Shown: positions 15,561 through 46,345 of the stretch, piece by piece
Numbering within the stretch: the first letter of the stretch is position 1
Layout of the letters: each line of letters opens with the position of its first letter
Origin: the human T2T-CHM13v2.0 reference genome, Homo sapiens
Length of the DNA stretch: 64,000 bases
NCBI RefSeq assembly: GCF_009914755.1
Contig: NC_060947.1
Reading direction: 5' to 3' (one strand)
Notes under the pieces: generated by a model
The model's database searches: none
What the model was told of the DNA's origin: nothing
The model's input: only the letters and a program-made list of their open reading frames with translations
Program-made: the position numbers and the translations under genes

Positions 15561-16849
15561 AGGATGGCCGGGAAAAGCGGACACCTTTACAGGTGGAGAT
15601 TTCCTTAAAGATGTAAGGTAATTGGATTACTGGCTTTAGGGTGGAGCCTTTTAAGGAACAGGGCCAGGAAGGCATGCAGTTTCTAGGGCCTAATAGGCAG
15701 GCATAGCTGGGAGGCAGAACAGATCCCCAAAAATTAAGGATCCCATTTTTACACCAAATCCTGAATCCCCAAAAGAGGGAAACACTATGGGAAGAGACAG
15801 TGCATAAAGTTCTTTTTGTGGGCATGTGGGAGTGCTTTCTCCTAGTCTCCACCATCTGGAGGGTGGGAATTTTTGGGTACATGTCATGGCTAGCCTTAAG
15901 AATTCTCTTGAGCAGTTAAAATCCTTTCCAAGCTCAAAAATGACTACCCTAGACTCCTTATGGGAAAAGCAATGGCGACTTCCCCATGTTGTAACTCACT
16001 AGCTAAGGCCTTGGCCTTTTACTAATGGTGGCCTGGGTTCTATTTCTGGTTAGGGAATGAGCCCTTTCTGGATTAATACTTGTGCAGCTTTTGCCATTTA
16101 GTGATTATTTTTCCCTCCAGGGACAGCTTCTGATATCCTGTCTTGAATTTTCCTTTCTCTGAGCTACTTTTGGGGCAATTCAGATCTTGTAAAAATGACT
16201 TGCCATCTTATGCATCTGTGGTTATGCATAAGTTCAGTTAAGGCTTATTGATTTCACATATGAAGTTACCTTTTATAAAAAAAAATTTCAAAAGCCAGAA
16301 ATATAGGCTGTTTGTCTCAGCTAAAATCTAGTAATAAAAGATTTCAAAGTATTTTTCTTTTGAGATCTCTGTTGTTAAAAATCAACTTAATTAAGGCTGA
16401 TATTTGGGTTATATACATACAGATACTGTTTTAGAGCCCCTGCTCTGCCTCTGTAAAAACTCAGCCAACAGAATTCTGTCTGATTCTCTGTTTCCTCCTA
16501 TCTGTTCCTTCTTTCTCTTGTATCTAATCTTTTTGACTTTTAGGGGGACCAGAAATTACATTGCATTATGAGAAAATTTTAACCTTGATTTATAATAGCT
16601 ATATAAAACATATACTTTTAAAAATGGTTAATAGCCGTTGCTTAGAGTGAGTGATTATTACTACAGGGCTATACTCCTATCTTTGTTCATTTAAATAAGA
16701 AGCGCATCCTCTTGGACACTTAGGAGCTATGGAATGGCGGGGTGAGAGATGATTACAGAGTGGGCTGATTGGCACTAGGTTGCACAGCAGCCTCAGGGAA
16801 ACATCCTTTCAATGAGATGTATTGTGGAACATTGCACTGTCTCGCTCTC

Positions 16850-17274
16850 TATAAGTATATATGTCTATATATATATATGTAAATATATGAGAGTTTATTA
16901 AGTATTAACTCACACAATCACAAGGTCCCACAATAGGCCATCTGCAAGCTGAGGAGCAAGGAGAGCCAATCTGAGTCCCAAAACTGAAGAACTTGGAGTT
17001 CAGTTCAAGGGCAGGAAGCATCCAGCATGGGAGAAAGACGTAGGTTGGGAGGCTAGGCCAGTCTAGTCCTTTCACACTTTTCTGCCTGCTTTATATTGTA
17101 GCCATGCTGGTAGCTGATTAGATGATGCCCACCCAGATTGAGGGTGGGTCTGCCTTTCCCAGCCCACTGACTCAGATGTTAATCTCCTTTGGCAACACTC
17201 TCACAGACACACCCAGGATAAGTAATTTGTATCCTTCAATCCAATCAAGTTGACACTCAGTATTAACCATCACA
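16850..17274 (-). mobile_element. MLT2A 3' LTR, missing ~45 bp of its terminus
   Basis: Matches 23245-23681 from gagagtttattaag onward but lacks tgtattagtc...ataggatag. Confidence 0.88.
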
Positions 17275-17802
17275 AGTCCACCCCTTGTCAACTTGAACCC
17301 ATACACATCTCCTGAGATCATACATAATCTTCAAATAAAGACAATAGTAAGGTCATAATTACACCTGACATAATACAACTATCCTTCAGACAACCAGAAA
17401 TGCACCAATTCCCAACCCAGATACTATTACATAAAATTAACAATACTTAAATGCTAATATGAAGTCAATAAATCTTATGGTACATGATAAAAGAAAAAGG
17501 AAATAAAATGGAGATATTTTCTTAATACAAGTGTATAAATGCACAAACATATTTTTAAGAAAAGAAGGAAGAAATACTCATGACAATTACAGTCCTCATT
17601 TCTGCAGCTGGTCACGTGGTTGTAGCTCGTATTGATGACTACTTTCTTCTACTACCCCTTCTGTATTCCTTTTGCCTTCAGCAAACACCTCAGCAGGTCA
17701 TGTTTTTTTTCCTGGTGGAGTGACCCAAACCTTTAATTCCTGAAGTGTCTGGGCCGTTTGTACTCCTGCCTGGATATTAGCTGTTGTAGTTTCCCATTGA
17801 CC

Positions 17803-21453
<3,651 letters not shown>

Positions 21454-21599
21454 TCATTCAAGGGGTCCTGGGTCTGTAAACTGGCTCAAGTCTGGAAATT
21501 GATTGATGGGTCATGATTCTCTGTTTTTATAATTCAAATTAGTCTTTTGTTCATTAGGCCTAGAAGTTTTCTCCTTGTATGAATTAAGTAGGAATGCAG

Positions 21600-23209
21600 T
21601 AGGCTTCCTATCAACTTCACTTATAGGAACACTGTGATTAATTGGTCAATGCCAGAGCTCTACACAAGTCAGACTATTATGATTGCTGCTTTGCCTCTGC
21701 TGTCCATTACAGTAGCTACACCCACCTGGCCTTTGACGGTTGAGTGCTGCCACTTGACCCCTGCCACCTCGGCATCCAATTATTCCCATTGTATTTAAAT
21801 TTTGTAGTTGAATGACTGCAGTTCCCACTGTTATTAGATCTGATATACAGAGAAGAGCAATTACAGGGCTCTTCAAAGATGCAGGTGGTGCCCTCATAAA
21901 TCTATTTCACATGGCATTGGTCAAGGATATATCTTCTGGACCCTCCCAGCTGGGATGAGCAGGTCTAAAGTGATTAATCTACTCCACCATCTCAATCTGC
22001 CTAAGCCTTTGGATCCCTTCTTCTACATTAAACCAAGGGAGATCAGGCATTTCCAGCTTGCTTACAGTGGGCTATCTTTTAATCCATATTTCAGCTAATC
22101 AAGCAAATAAACTTTTAGAACCTTTTTTTAACTCCCTGACTCTACACCATTAAATGCAGAGTCCCTACTTAGTGTGCCCAAATCAATAAATTCAGCCTGA
22201 TCCTACTATATATTCCTTCCACCATTACCCTACACCTTTAATATCCATTCCCATGCCTGTTCTCCAGATTTCTGTTTATATAAATTAGAAAACTCAAGCA
22301 GTTCTTTTCAAGTGTAGTGTGTCTCCTTATGGGTCATACGCTCAACCTCACCTCTAAGGGTCTGCCAGAACTTTAGTCTAGCTGTAGGTCCAGAAGCAAA
22401 TAGGGGTGTTGGGGGTGGCTCCTGAGGAGAATCAACATTATCTTGCTTGGCAACTGCCTCAGGGGAGGCCATCACTGTTGCCTCAGGCAGCGCAGGGTTT
22501 ATCTCCCCAGACAAAGGTGGAAAGGCTGATGGCAGCATGAATTGGGGAGGGGATGTTGTCACTATTGGGAATGGGAAGCTGTTTCTTCGGGCAAAAAAGG
22601 TTCATCAGAGTTTACAAACTCAGTGTACCCAGCTTCATCATGGTCCTCCCACATGTCCCCATTCCAAGTTTCAGGGTGTAATTCTTTTCCAGTCAATGCC
22701 CTCACTCTAATAGTAGACAGCTGGCGAGGCTGTGCATGCAGTTTTCATTGCAGGTCAGCTACTCACATGATAAGAGCTTGTGTGTGTTTTTCTACAATTT
22801 CAGCTCTTTCTCTACAGGAGATAAGACTCTCAATCCGGGAAATCTTAGCAGACTTGAGACTCAGTATCTCCTTCTGAAGACGGGAGTTAGAATCCCTGAG
22901 TTCATCATTTTCTTTCATCACTTTGACCACTGAACTTAGGAGCAACCAACCAGCTTCATTATGTTCCTTGGTTCTCCACATGTGGTCAAAGGTATTATGT
23001 ATAGAGTCACTAAACTCCTTGTCTCTCACAAGCAGTGAATTAGGAGTGTCAAATGCATTTATTTTGCATAACTCTCTAAACAGTTCACACCAACAACTAT
23101 CAGTGTTCTCCATACTACTAGAAGTAGAGTCCTTAGCATTGGGTCTAAGCATATTAAGCAGCCAACTCCAGAAACACCCAAACCAATGAGAGAACTCCAT
23201 CCTTAACAT
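21600..23209 (-). pseudogene. HERV-L gag remnant
   Basis: ORFs 22763..23209, 22308..22562 and 21646..21897 are ERV-L Gag-like; fragmented by stops and frameshifts. Confidence 0.85.
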
Positions 23210-23244
23210 TCTGTCCCTCTAGAACCACTCCTGGTACAAAAATC

Positions 23245-23681
23245 TGTATTAGTCATGGTTCTCTAGAGTGACAGAACTAATAGGATAGATATAAAGGAGA
23301 GTTTATTAAGTATTAACTCAAACAATCACAAGGTCCCACAATAGGTTGTCTGCAAGCTGAGGAGCAAGGAGAGCCAGGCTGAGTCCCAAAACTGAAGAAC
23401 CTGGAGTCCAATGTTCGAGGTCAGAAAGCATTCAGCACAGGAGAAAGATGTAGGCTGGGAGGCTAGGCCAGTCTAGTCTTTTCGCGTTTTTCTGCCTGCT
23501 TTATATTGTAGCCGTGCTGACAGCTGATTAGATGGCGCCCACACAGATTAAGGGTGGGTCTGCCTTTCCCAGCCCACTGACTCAAATGTTAATCTTTCGC
23601 AACATCCTCACAGACACACCCAGGATCAATACTTTGCATCCTTCAATCCAATCAAGTTGACACTCAATATTAACTATCACA
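23245..23681 (-). mobile_element. MLT2A 5' LTR
   Basis: tgtattagtc...taactatcaca (TG..CA), adjacent to the PBS. Confidence 0.9.
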
Positions 23682-24814
23682 TGGAACAATACAGAAAGAC
23701 AAATTATGGCACAAAGTACACAAGATTCACTGGAGCCTAAGATTAGTCTCATAAATTCTTTTTCCTATTAAACAATAGCTTGCAGAGGTGATAAACAGTG
23801 ACTTTTACCATTTACTCAATTGGTTTGCACAGAGAAAGAGACCAGAAACTTGGCTGGTAAGAAATTCTTACACTTTTAATGGCATGCCAGGTTTCTGGGT
23901 GATATGGAGCCAAGTAACATCACAAAAAAAATCATTCTTTTCTGTTTCATGGAAGCATAGACAAAAACCTCTCAGTTTTGCAAGATGCAGCCCAACAGTC
24001 CAACAGGCTGCATGGGGGAACCCAATTAACATGTTCCCTTCTGGCCAGAGAAAAATCACGTGACAAAACACAGACACTAGTCACCCTGCTCAGCACTCAA
24101 TATCAACCTTCCAAGGCTCAAACTTGCCTTCATTGGTCCCTGACATCCTTGATTCAGTCAAAGTAGGGTAGGATGACCTCCAACCAGAAGTTTCAACAGA
24201 TGGTCTGTGAGCAAGATGGAAGAGCAGATGGTCCCTGAGTTAGGACTGTTGAGTTTCCTTCAGGGCTCACCAAATGTGACCAACCAGACACACTAGGAGA
24301 GCCTGCTGGACTTCTATCAGCAATTCCTTTGAGGAATCCTGTCCATGCTTACAAATATGCACAATGAGGTAAAGATGGACAAAAGGACTTCCAAACCAAA
24401 ATTCCAGACTAGATTCTAAACCAGAAGAGTATTCCTCCAAATAGGCCCCATATTCTCCATCTAACTGGGGAGAAATCTCCCCAAACCAAGACTCTTTCTA
24501 CAACCTAGGGAGAGTCAAACAGTCCCTGGGATGGGCCTACAGATAGGGCCTCTAGGGAGGCCAACAGATGAGGAGAAGGAAGCAAGTGTTGCCAGATCCT
24601 GGAATACTCACCAAACCAGGTTACAAGATGTCTTCCAGGAACTATTTCTCCATTGCAATTAGATGCATGCACTATGGGTTGACAGCACCCCAGCAGTAGA
24701 GATAGTGCCAGGGGAAGCCCTTGGTCCAAGAGAACTAAGTAGCTGCTCGGGCTGGCCTCCGGATCTGTTGCTAGTGAAGAGCTACCAAACTGTGGGAAAG
24801 TAGCCACAAGGGCT

Positions 24815-24832
24815 ATCCCAGATGAGCTCCCA
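24815..24832 (-). other. Primer-binding site, tRNA-Pro type
   Basis: Revcomp tgggagctcatctgggat vs canonical TGGGGGCTCGTCCGGGAT (15/18). Confidence 0.75.
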
Positions 24833-24836
24833 AATT

Positions 24837-25534
24837 TGTAACTGCCCAATGGGTCCTTCTTGCCCACTGCCCAGATAGAGCAAGACAGGGAATTTGCAAT
24901 AAAGACTTTAATACATGTAGAGAAAGCTAAATGGAAAACTCGAGATTTATTGTTACTCAGATCGGCCTCTCTGAAAATTTGGAGGCTAGAGTTTTTCAAG
25001 GATAGTTTGGTGGGCAGAGTCTAGGGAATAGTGCTGCTGATTGGTTGGGGATGCAAAACATAGCCATGTGGAAAATGGTCCTTGTTCACTGAGTTGGCTT
25101 CTGGGTGGTAGCCACAGAGGAGTTGCTGGTCTAGTTGGGGCCATCTGGTCATCAGAAATGTGAAAGCCTGAAAAGACATCTCAAAAGGCCAATCTCAGGT
25201 TATACTATAGTGATGTTATTTACAGGAATAATTGGGGAAGTTTCAAGTCTTGTGACTTCCAGAAAAATGGCTGGTAATCGTTTATCTTAGCAGAGTTTAG
25301 GCCCCTCTCATCCTCCTAGCCTGGTGGCCCTTTCATTAGTTTTACAAAGGCAGTTTAGTTTTGGGAATGGCTATTATCAGTTAAACTATACTTTTATCCT
25401 AAAATTAGCTTTGCCCATGTCCAGGAATGACCAAGGGCAGTTTGGAGGTTAAAGTCTAGATGGAATTAGTTAAATCAGATCTCTTTCACTGTCTTAATTT
25501 TCTAACTGTTATAAATTTTGCAAACGAGGTTTCA
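24837..25534 (-). mobile_element. LTR8B-like 5' LTR
   Basis: Colinear with 11225-11931; tgtaactgcccaatg...tttgcaaacgaggtttca. Confidence 0.8.
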
Positions 25535-25739
25535 ATATTGCAATGAACAAAACAGACAAAAATCTTTGCCTGATGGAGCTTGCAGTCGACTATGTTTGAT
25601 GGGTGTTTCTATTTATTAATTTACTCATTTGAACATTCATTTAATAAATGTATATTGAGCATAGACTAGATATCAGACACTATATTGGATCAGGAGTTAA
25701 GTCCAGTAGAATCAGAGTTAACAGTTTTAGGGATTTTTT

Positions 25740-29620
<3,881 letters not shown>

Positions 29621-29723
29621 GAAGTACCCTTTTCATCTCTGATCCTGTTTTGGTAATTTGTATGTTCTCTTTTTCTCTCTTTTTTTCTCAAATAATCTCA
29701 CCAAAAGTTTGCCAGTTTTATTA

Positions 29724-30105
<382 letters not shown>

Positions 30106-30259
30106 TTATTTTCCTCCACCCTTTGGTTTTTGTTTTTCTGTTTATAGCTTCTTGAGGTGGATGCTTAATCCACTAATTTTCAGCCTTTCTTCTTTCTCTC
30201 TTTCTATATATTTGGCCAGGCAATATAAATTTGTCTTTTTTGTTATACATGTCTATTTA

Positions 30260-31788
<1,529 letters not shown>

Positions 31789-31993
31789 TGATCTCCCACT
31801 TTTCAGAAACCAGAAGGCTTGGCATCCTCATGTTGACTGAACTGTCTTTTCCTTCAGGCTGGAGGAAGGGCAACCCTGCATCCATCAGTTCAGGAAATAT
31901 CGGCAAGCACTGTAGGGTGCTGTGGTCTGAGACAATAGCAACACTGGTGGAAATCACAAGTCCTACATCCCTGTCAAGTAAGGCTTCTATTAT

Positions 31994-32241
31994 CTGGAGT
32001 GCAGTGGTGCAATCTCAACTCATTGCAACCTCTGCCCCCCGGGTTCAAGCGATTCTTGTGTCTCAGCCTCCTGAGTAACTGGGATTACTGATGTGCACCA
32101 CCACGCCTGGTTAATTTTTGTAGTAGAGATGGGGTTTTACCATGTTGGCCAGGCTGGTCTTGAACTCCTGGCCTCAAGTGATCTGCCTGCCTTGGCCTCC
32201 CAAAGTGCTGGGGTTACAGGTGTGAGCCACTGGGCCCAGCC
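31994..32241 (-). mobile_element. 3'-truncated tailless Alu with TSD
   Basis: Alu lacks its last ~30 nt and poly-A. Flanked by aggcttctattatct (31981-31995) and agacttctattatct (32242-32256). Confidence 0.85.
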
Positions 32242-32967
32242 AGACTTCTATTATCTTTATCCTTTTCCTGCTTCTACAGCAACAGACTTGACGTAAACAA
32301 CCCAGAAAGTCAACAAGAATAAAAAAAACTAATTATTTTTGCTGACAATGACCTCAGCTATTGGTGATACACAGATTTCTAGGTCCTGTCACTTGCTCAA
32401 AGCCACAGTCACAGGAAGATTTGTAAATGCACTTTTATAAGGGGCACATTCCAAGTAGCTTGCTGCAGTCTCCGCCATATCCAGTATTTCTGGACCAATT
32501 ATAGTTCACACCTGACTCCCATTGTCTTCTGAGTGACATCAGCCTATGGAATGTTTGATATCAGGGCATGTCTCCTTATAGAATCTTGTGAAAAACTTCT
32601 CAACAGTCCTGGGCATCATATGACGTCCTCTAGGAACAATGGAACAAATTTGTCCTATTCCCCGAAGCACAGGTGCTTGTCATAATAGCTGGCTTTTCCT
32701 CAGGATAACCTCTAGTCTCACAGAAAGTATAGGCTCCAGGCCACAAATTAGAATAACCAAAACCTTGCATTGTTTCCTAGGAGATCTTAGGTAGCAAAAC
32801 AAATATGACCAAAATCAGAGTGAGAATTACTCTGTCATTTTACTTTTTCTGTAGAGGCCCACAAAAGCTGTCCACTCCTTCATATAGAGTTCAAGTCTGT
32901 TTGCCACCCACCCCACATAGTAAACAAAACCCCAAGATTACAGGTAGATTCAAATATAAGGCCTTTA

Positions 32968-33110
32968 GTGGTGGTGCATGCCTGTAGTCCCAGCTACTCA
33001 GGAGGCTGAGGTGTGATAATTGTTTGAACCTGGGAGGTGGAGGTTGCAGTGAGCTGAAATCTCACCACTGCACTCCAGCCTGGGTGACAGAGGGAGACCC
33101 TGTCTAAAAA

Positions 33111-33180
<70 letters not shown>
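32968..33180 (+). repeat. Alu right arm followed by (TA)n(GA)n microsatellite (33116-33180)
   Basis: Read directly from the sequence. Confidence 0.9.
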
Positions 33181-33183
<3 letters not shown>

Positions 33184-33951
33184 CTTTGTTAGTGCACAAA
33201 CTGGAACAATGTGAGGCAGCCAGTTGCCAGGTGGTGACTTGGAGGCTGGAAGAATGACCAAGAGTCGTGTGAGACCAAGAATTTCCATGAAGGGAAGCCT
33301 TCTTCCACCAGAACCCAGGCTGGGACCTCCTGACCAAAACTGGGTCAGATGTGTGCTGTGATCAGTCAGAAAAGAGAATGAATTTCCCCAATAGGCTCAG
33401 ACTGCTCAAGATTTCCTCCAAAGAAGAAAAGAACACACAGATGTCTGCCTTGCCTCAGAATATCAGGGTGACCAATGCCTACTGTGCAAGGTGGTAGAGG
33501 GGAGACGGTTTCTACCAAAGAAACTTGGAAGCATAAGGTTCAACTTCAGGCAGGTGGCTCCCTCCTAAAGGCTCTCCACTGCCACAATACTACAGAGACA
33601 GCACATTCTCTCTAGGTCTAAGGCTCTTCTGAAGTGTGGACTTTCAGGAGCTAAAAGATGATAGATCTTGAAGGTAAACACTCTTCCACATTTGCTGCAT
33701 TCATGAGGCCTCCACGTGTTATGACATTTTTGGTGATGAATGAGGCTGGCGCACTGGCTAAAGGAATTCCCACATTGGTTGCACTCATAAGGCCTTTCTC
33801 CAGTGAGAACCACCTGGTGTTGAATAAGGCCAGACTTTTGACTAAAGAACTTTCCATGCTGGCCACACTCATAAGGCCTTGCTCCAATATGAATTCTCCC
33901 ATGTTGAATAAGGATGGAGGCCTTTCTCCAGTGTGAACTCTCTGGTGCTAA

Positions 33952-34335
<384 letters not shown>

Positions 34336-35129
34336 TAAAGGCTTTGTCCAGTGTAAACTCTTAGACAGTGAACAGGAGTGCTTGTGCCTGGAAGCCTTCC
34401 CACACTGACCTGACTTGTAATGACTTTTTTGACTGTGAGTGTCCTCTCCACATTTGGTGATCGTGTTGGGCTTCTTAGTTTTAGGAAAGACCAGGGACCT
34501 AGAAGCCCCAAGATGGCTGGGAGGTCCTTCCCAACCTCGCATTTGCGGAAGGGCTTCCCTGACATATGGAAAAGGCAGTGCTTCACTTACGAGGCTCTGT
34601 CCATGTCCCTCTTCAAGGATTTCTTTGCACTGTGATGTTTCTGGTGCTGGTACTGGTTTGCACGTGCTCCAACCAAGTAAGGTTCCCGCCCAGGGAGATT
34701 AGCCAGAGGCAAGATATCTTTCAGGAATGGAACATATATCTCCCGGGGTTGAGTCTTCAGTGTGGATGAACCTGCCTTAAACTGTGACACTCCCACAGAA
34801 ACATTCTGCTCGGAAGGTGTCTCTTCATCCTCTTTACCATGCCCACAACCCAGTGAGGCTACTTTTACAAGAGGCACATTCCAACTAGTTTGCTGCAGGC
34901 TCCACCACGCCCAGTATTTCTGTACAAAATCCTGGGTAAAATACAAGTGCAAAGTTCTCCAGCATCACTTCAAGGTATAGGAGCCTCCAAGCCTCATCAG
35001 GCAGTCCCTACTCGTCCTGTGAGAAGTAAATGGCGATGTCCTCAAAGGTCATACAGCCCTTTGTGAGATTTATATGTTCTTCTGTAGTCATGGTAACCTG
35101 AGCCAGGGCCCTCAGTTCTGCCGCTGCCA

Positions 35130-35320
35130 TTGGAACCTGTGGACGGTGCGGGACCTGGACCGGGACCGGGACAAGGACCAAGACCAGCGCGGTGACCCGA
35201 GCAAAGCTGTCACCCCCGCCGCCGCCGACCCCCATACCCGCCACTGTTCAGCAGGAGGGCCCCTCCCCTCGCCCCTTCCTGCCCTCTCGCCAAACGATGC
35301 GCTCCCAAAGCTCTGACGGC
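35130..35320 (-). promoter_or_regulatory. CpG-rich retrocopied 5' UTR with GC boxes
   Basis: Many intact CpGs, ccccgccgccgccg and hexamer-like ggac(c/a) repeats; regulatory activity is only inferred. Confidence 0.4.
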
Positions 35321-35344
35321 CTGGATGGACTCAAGAGCTGCTAA

Positions 35345-38696
<3,352 letters not shown>

Positions 38697-38823
38697 GCCC
38701 AAAATAAAACAAAAAAGAGTATGTTACTGACATTATGCCACTTCACTCCTAACATTTTCAGGATATATTGCCTAAGAACAAGGACATTCTCCTACATAAC
38801 CATAACTTAATTATTACAGTTCA

Positions 38824-41438
<2,615 letters not shown>

Positions 41439-41685
41439 TCAGTGTTTGTTTAATTTTCCTTAATCTAGAGCAGTTCCCCTGTACTTTTTTTTCTTCAGGC
41501 TTTCATGACATTGTCTTTTTCAAAAGTCCAAGCTAGTTATTTTATATTTGTCTGATTGTTTTATTTTGATTAAATCCAAATTAAAAATACTTGGCAAAAT
41601 ACTACATAGGTAATGTTATGTCCTTTGTGCATCTTATCAGGAGACATAAGTTTGTCCCATTATTTACCTCCGTTCTTTTTTGTTC

Positions 41686-42980
<1,295 letters not shown>

Positions 42981-43370
42981 GTTCTTTTTTTTCTTTTTAT
43001 TTTTTCCCCCTTTTCCCCTCCCCCCTTCCTGGGCTTCACTGGGTTTTGAACAGTCTTGGGAGTTATTTTCTTTTCCCACAACATTTCACTTTCTCCTGGC
43101 TTCCACTGTTGCTGATAAGAAGTCAGTCTTATCGTTACTTGATGTTTTGCTGTCTTTTTCTCTGGTTGCTTTTAAGATTTTCTCTTTGTCTTTCTGTACT
43201 TTCACTGTTATGAATCAAGAAGTGGGTTTCTTTTCATTCATTTTGCTTTGGGTTTCTTTAATCTGTCAGTTGGTGTCTTTCGTAGGTTCTAAGAAATTCT
43301 GTCATTATGTTTCTGAATGTTGCCTTTTTCTCATCTTTCTTTCCTCTTTGTCTCTCTGGAACTCCGAGTG

Positions 43371-43947
43371 TAATCAATCCTCATTATTTGTGGATTGCAT
43401 ATGTGCAGATTCACCTACTTGCTAAAATCTATTTGTAACCCCCAAATTAATCTTATTTTCATGGTCATTCATGGACATGCTCAGAGTGGCAAAAAATTGG
43501 AGTCACCTGATGTACATGTTCCCAGCTGAAGTCAAACAAGGTGATGCTCTGCCTTCTTGCTTCAGCTCTCATACTGTACACACATGTCATTTTTGCTATC
43601 TGTTTAGTGCTTTGGTTTTGTTTTTTGGATTTTTGTGCTTTTTGTTGGTGATTACTCTGTTTAAAATGCCCCCCAAGCATCTTTCTAGGTACAAGAAGGC
43701 TGTGAAAATCCGTGTGTTCACATGTTCTCACTCATAGGTGGGAATTGAACAATGAGAACACATGGACACAGGAAGGGGAACATCACACACCGGGGACTGT
43801 TGCGGGGTGGGGGGAGGGGGAAGGGATAGCATTAGGAGATATACCTAATGCTAAATGACGAGTTAATGGGTGCAGCACACCAACATGGCACATGTATACA
43901 TATGTAACAAACCTGCACGTTGTGCACATGTACCCTAAAACTTAAAG

Positions 43948-43985
<38 letters not shown>

Positions 43986-44246
43986 GAAAATCCGTGTGTT
44001 AAATAAGCTTCATTCAAACATGAGTTAAAGTACTGTTGGCCATGGGTATGTTAAGTAAGCTGCCTTTAAACAAAAACACACATAAAACAAAGTTATATAT
44101 TGATTAATTAATGAAATAATTGTGAACATATGCTCACAAGAACTTAACCTTTTATTTCTCCTAGGAACAATGGTTCAGTATTCACTAATCCACTATTCAC
44201 AATGACTTTATAGAACGTAACTCTTGTCAACAACGAGAAGTGACTG
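43371..44246 (+). mobile_element. MER82-like Tigger DNA transposon fossil
   Basis: caatcctcattatttgtggatt...cctacttgctaaaat...gttcccagctgaagtcaaacaagg...acgagaagtgactg resembles MER82. Confidence 0.75.
43719..43985 (+). mobile_element. Short L1PA 3' UTR insertion with (AAT)n tail
   Basis: 15-bp TSD gaaaatccgtgtgtt at 43704-43718 and 43986-44000. Confidence 0.93.
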
Positions 44247-44274
44247 TGTTAGAACATCTTCTGTCTTATTTCTT

Positions 44275-46345
<2,071 letters not shown>

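Noticed and set aside
34863-34941. Tiny MITE (6-bp TIRs, 3-bp TSD)
   Set aside because: Better explained by ungapped homology to 32431-32500; 6-bp inverted ends in AT-rich sequence can arise by chance.
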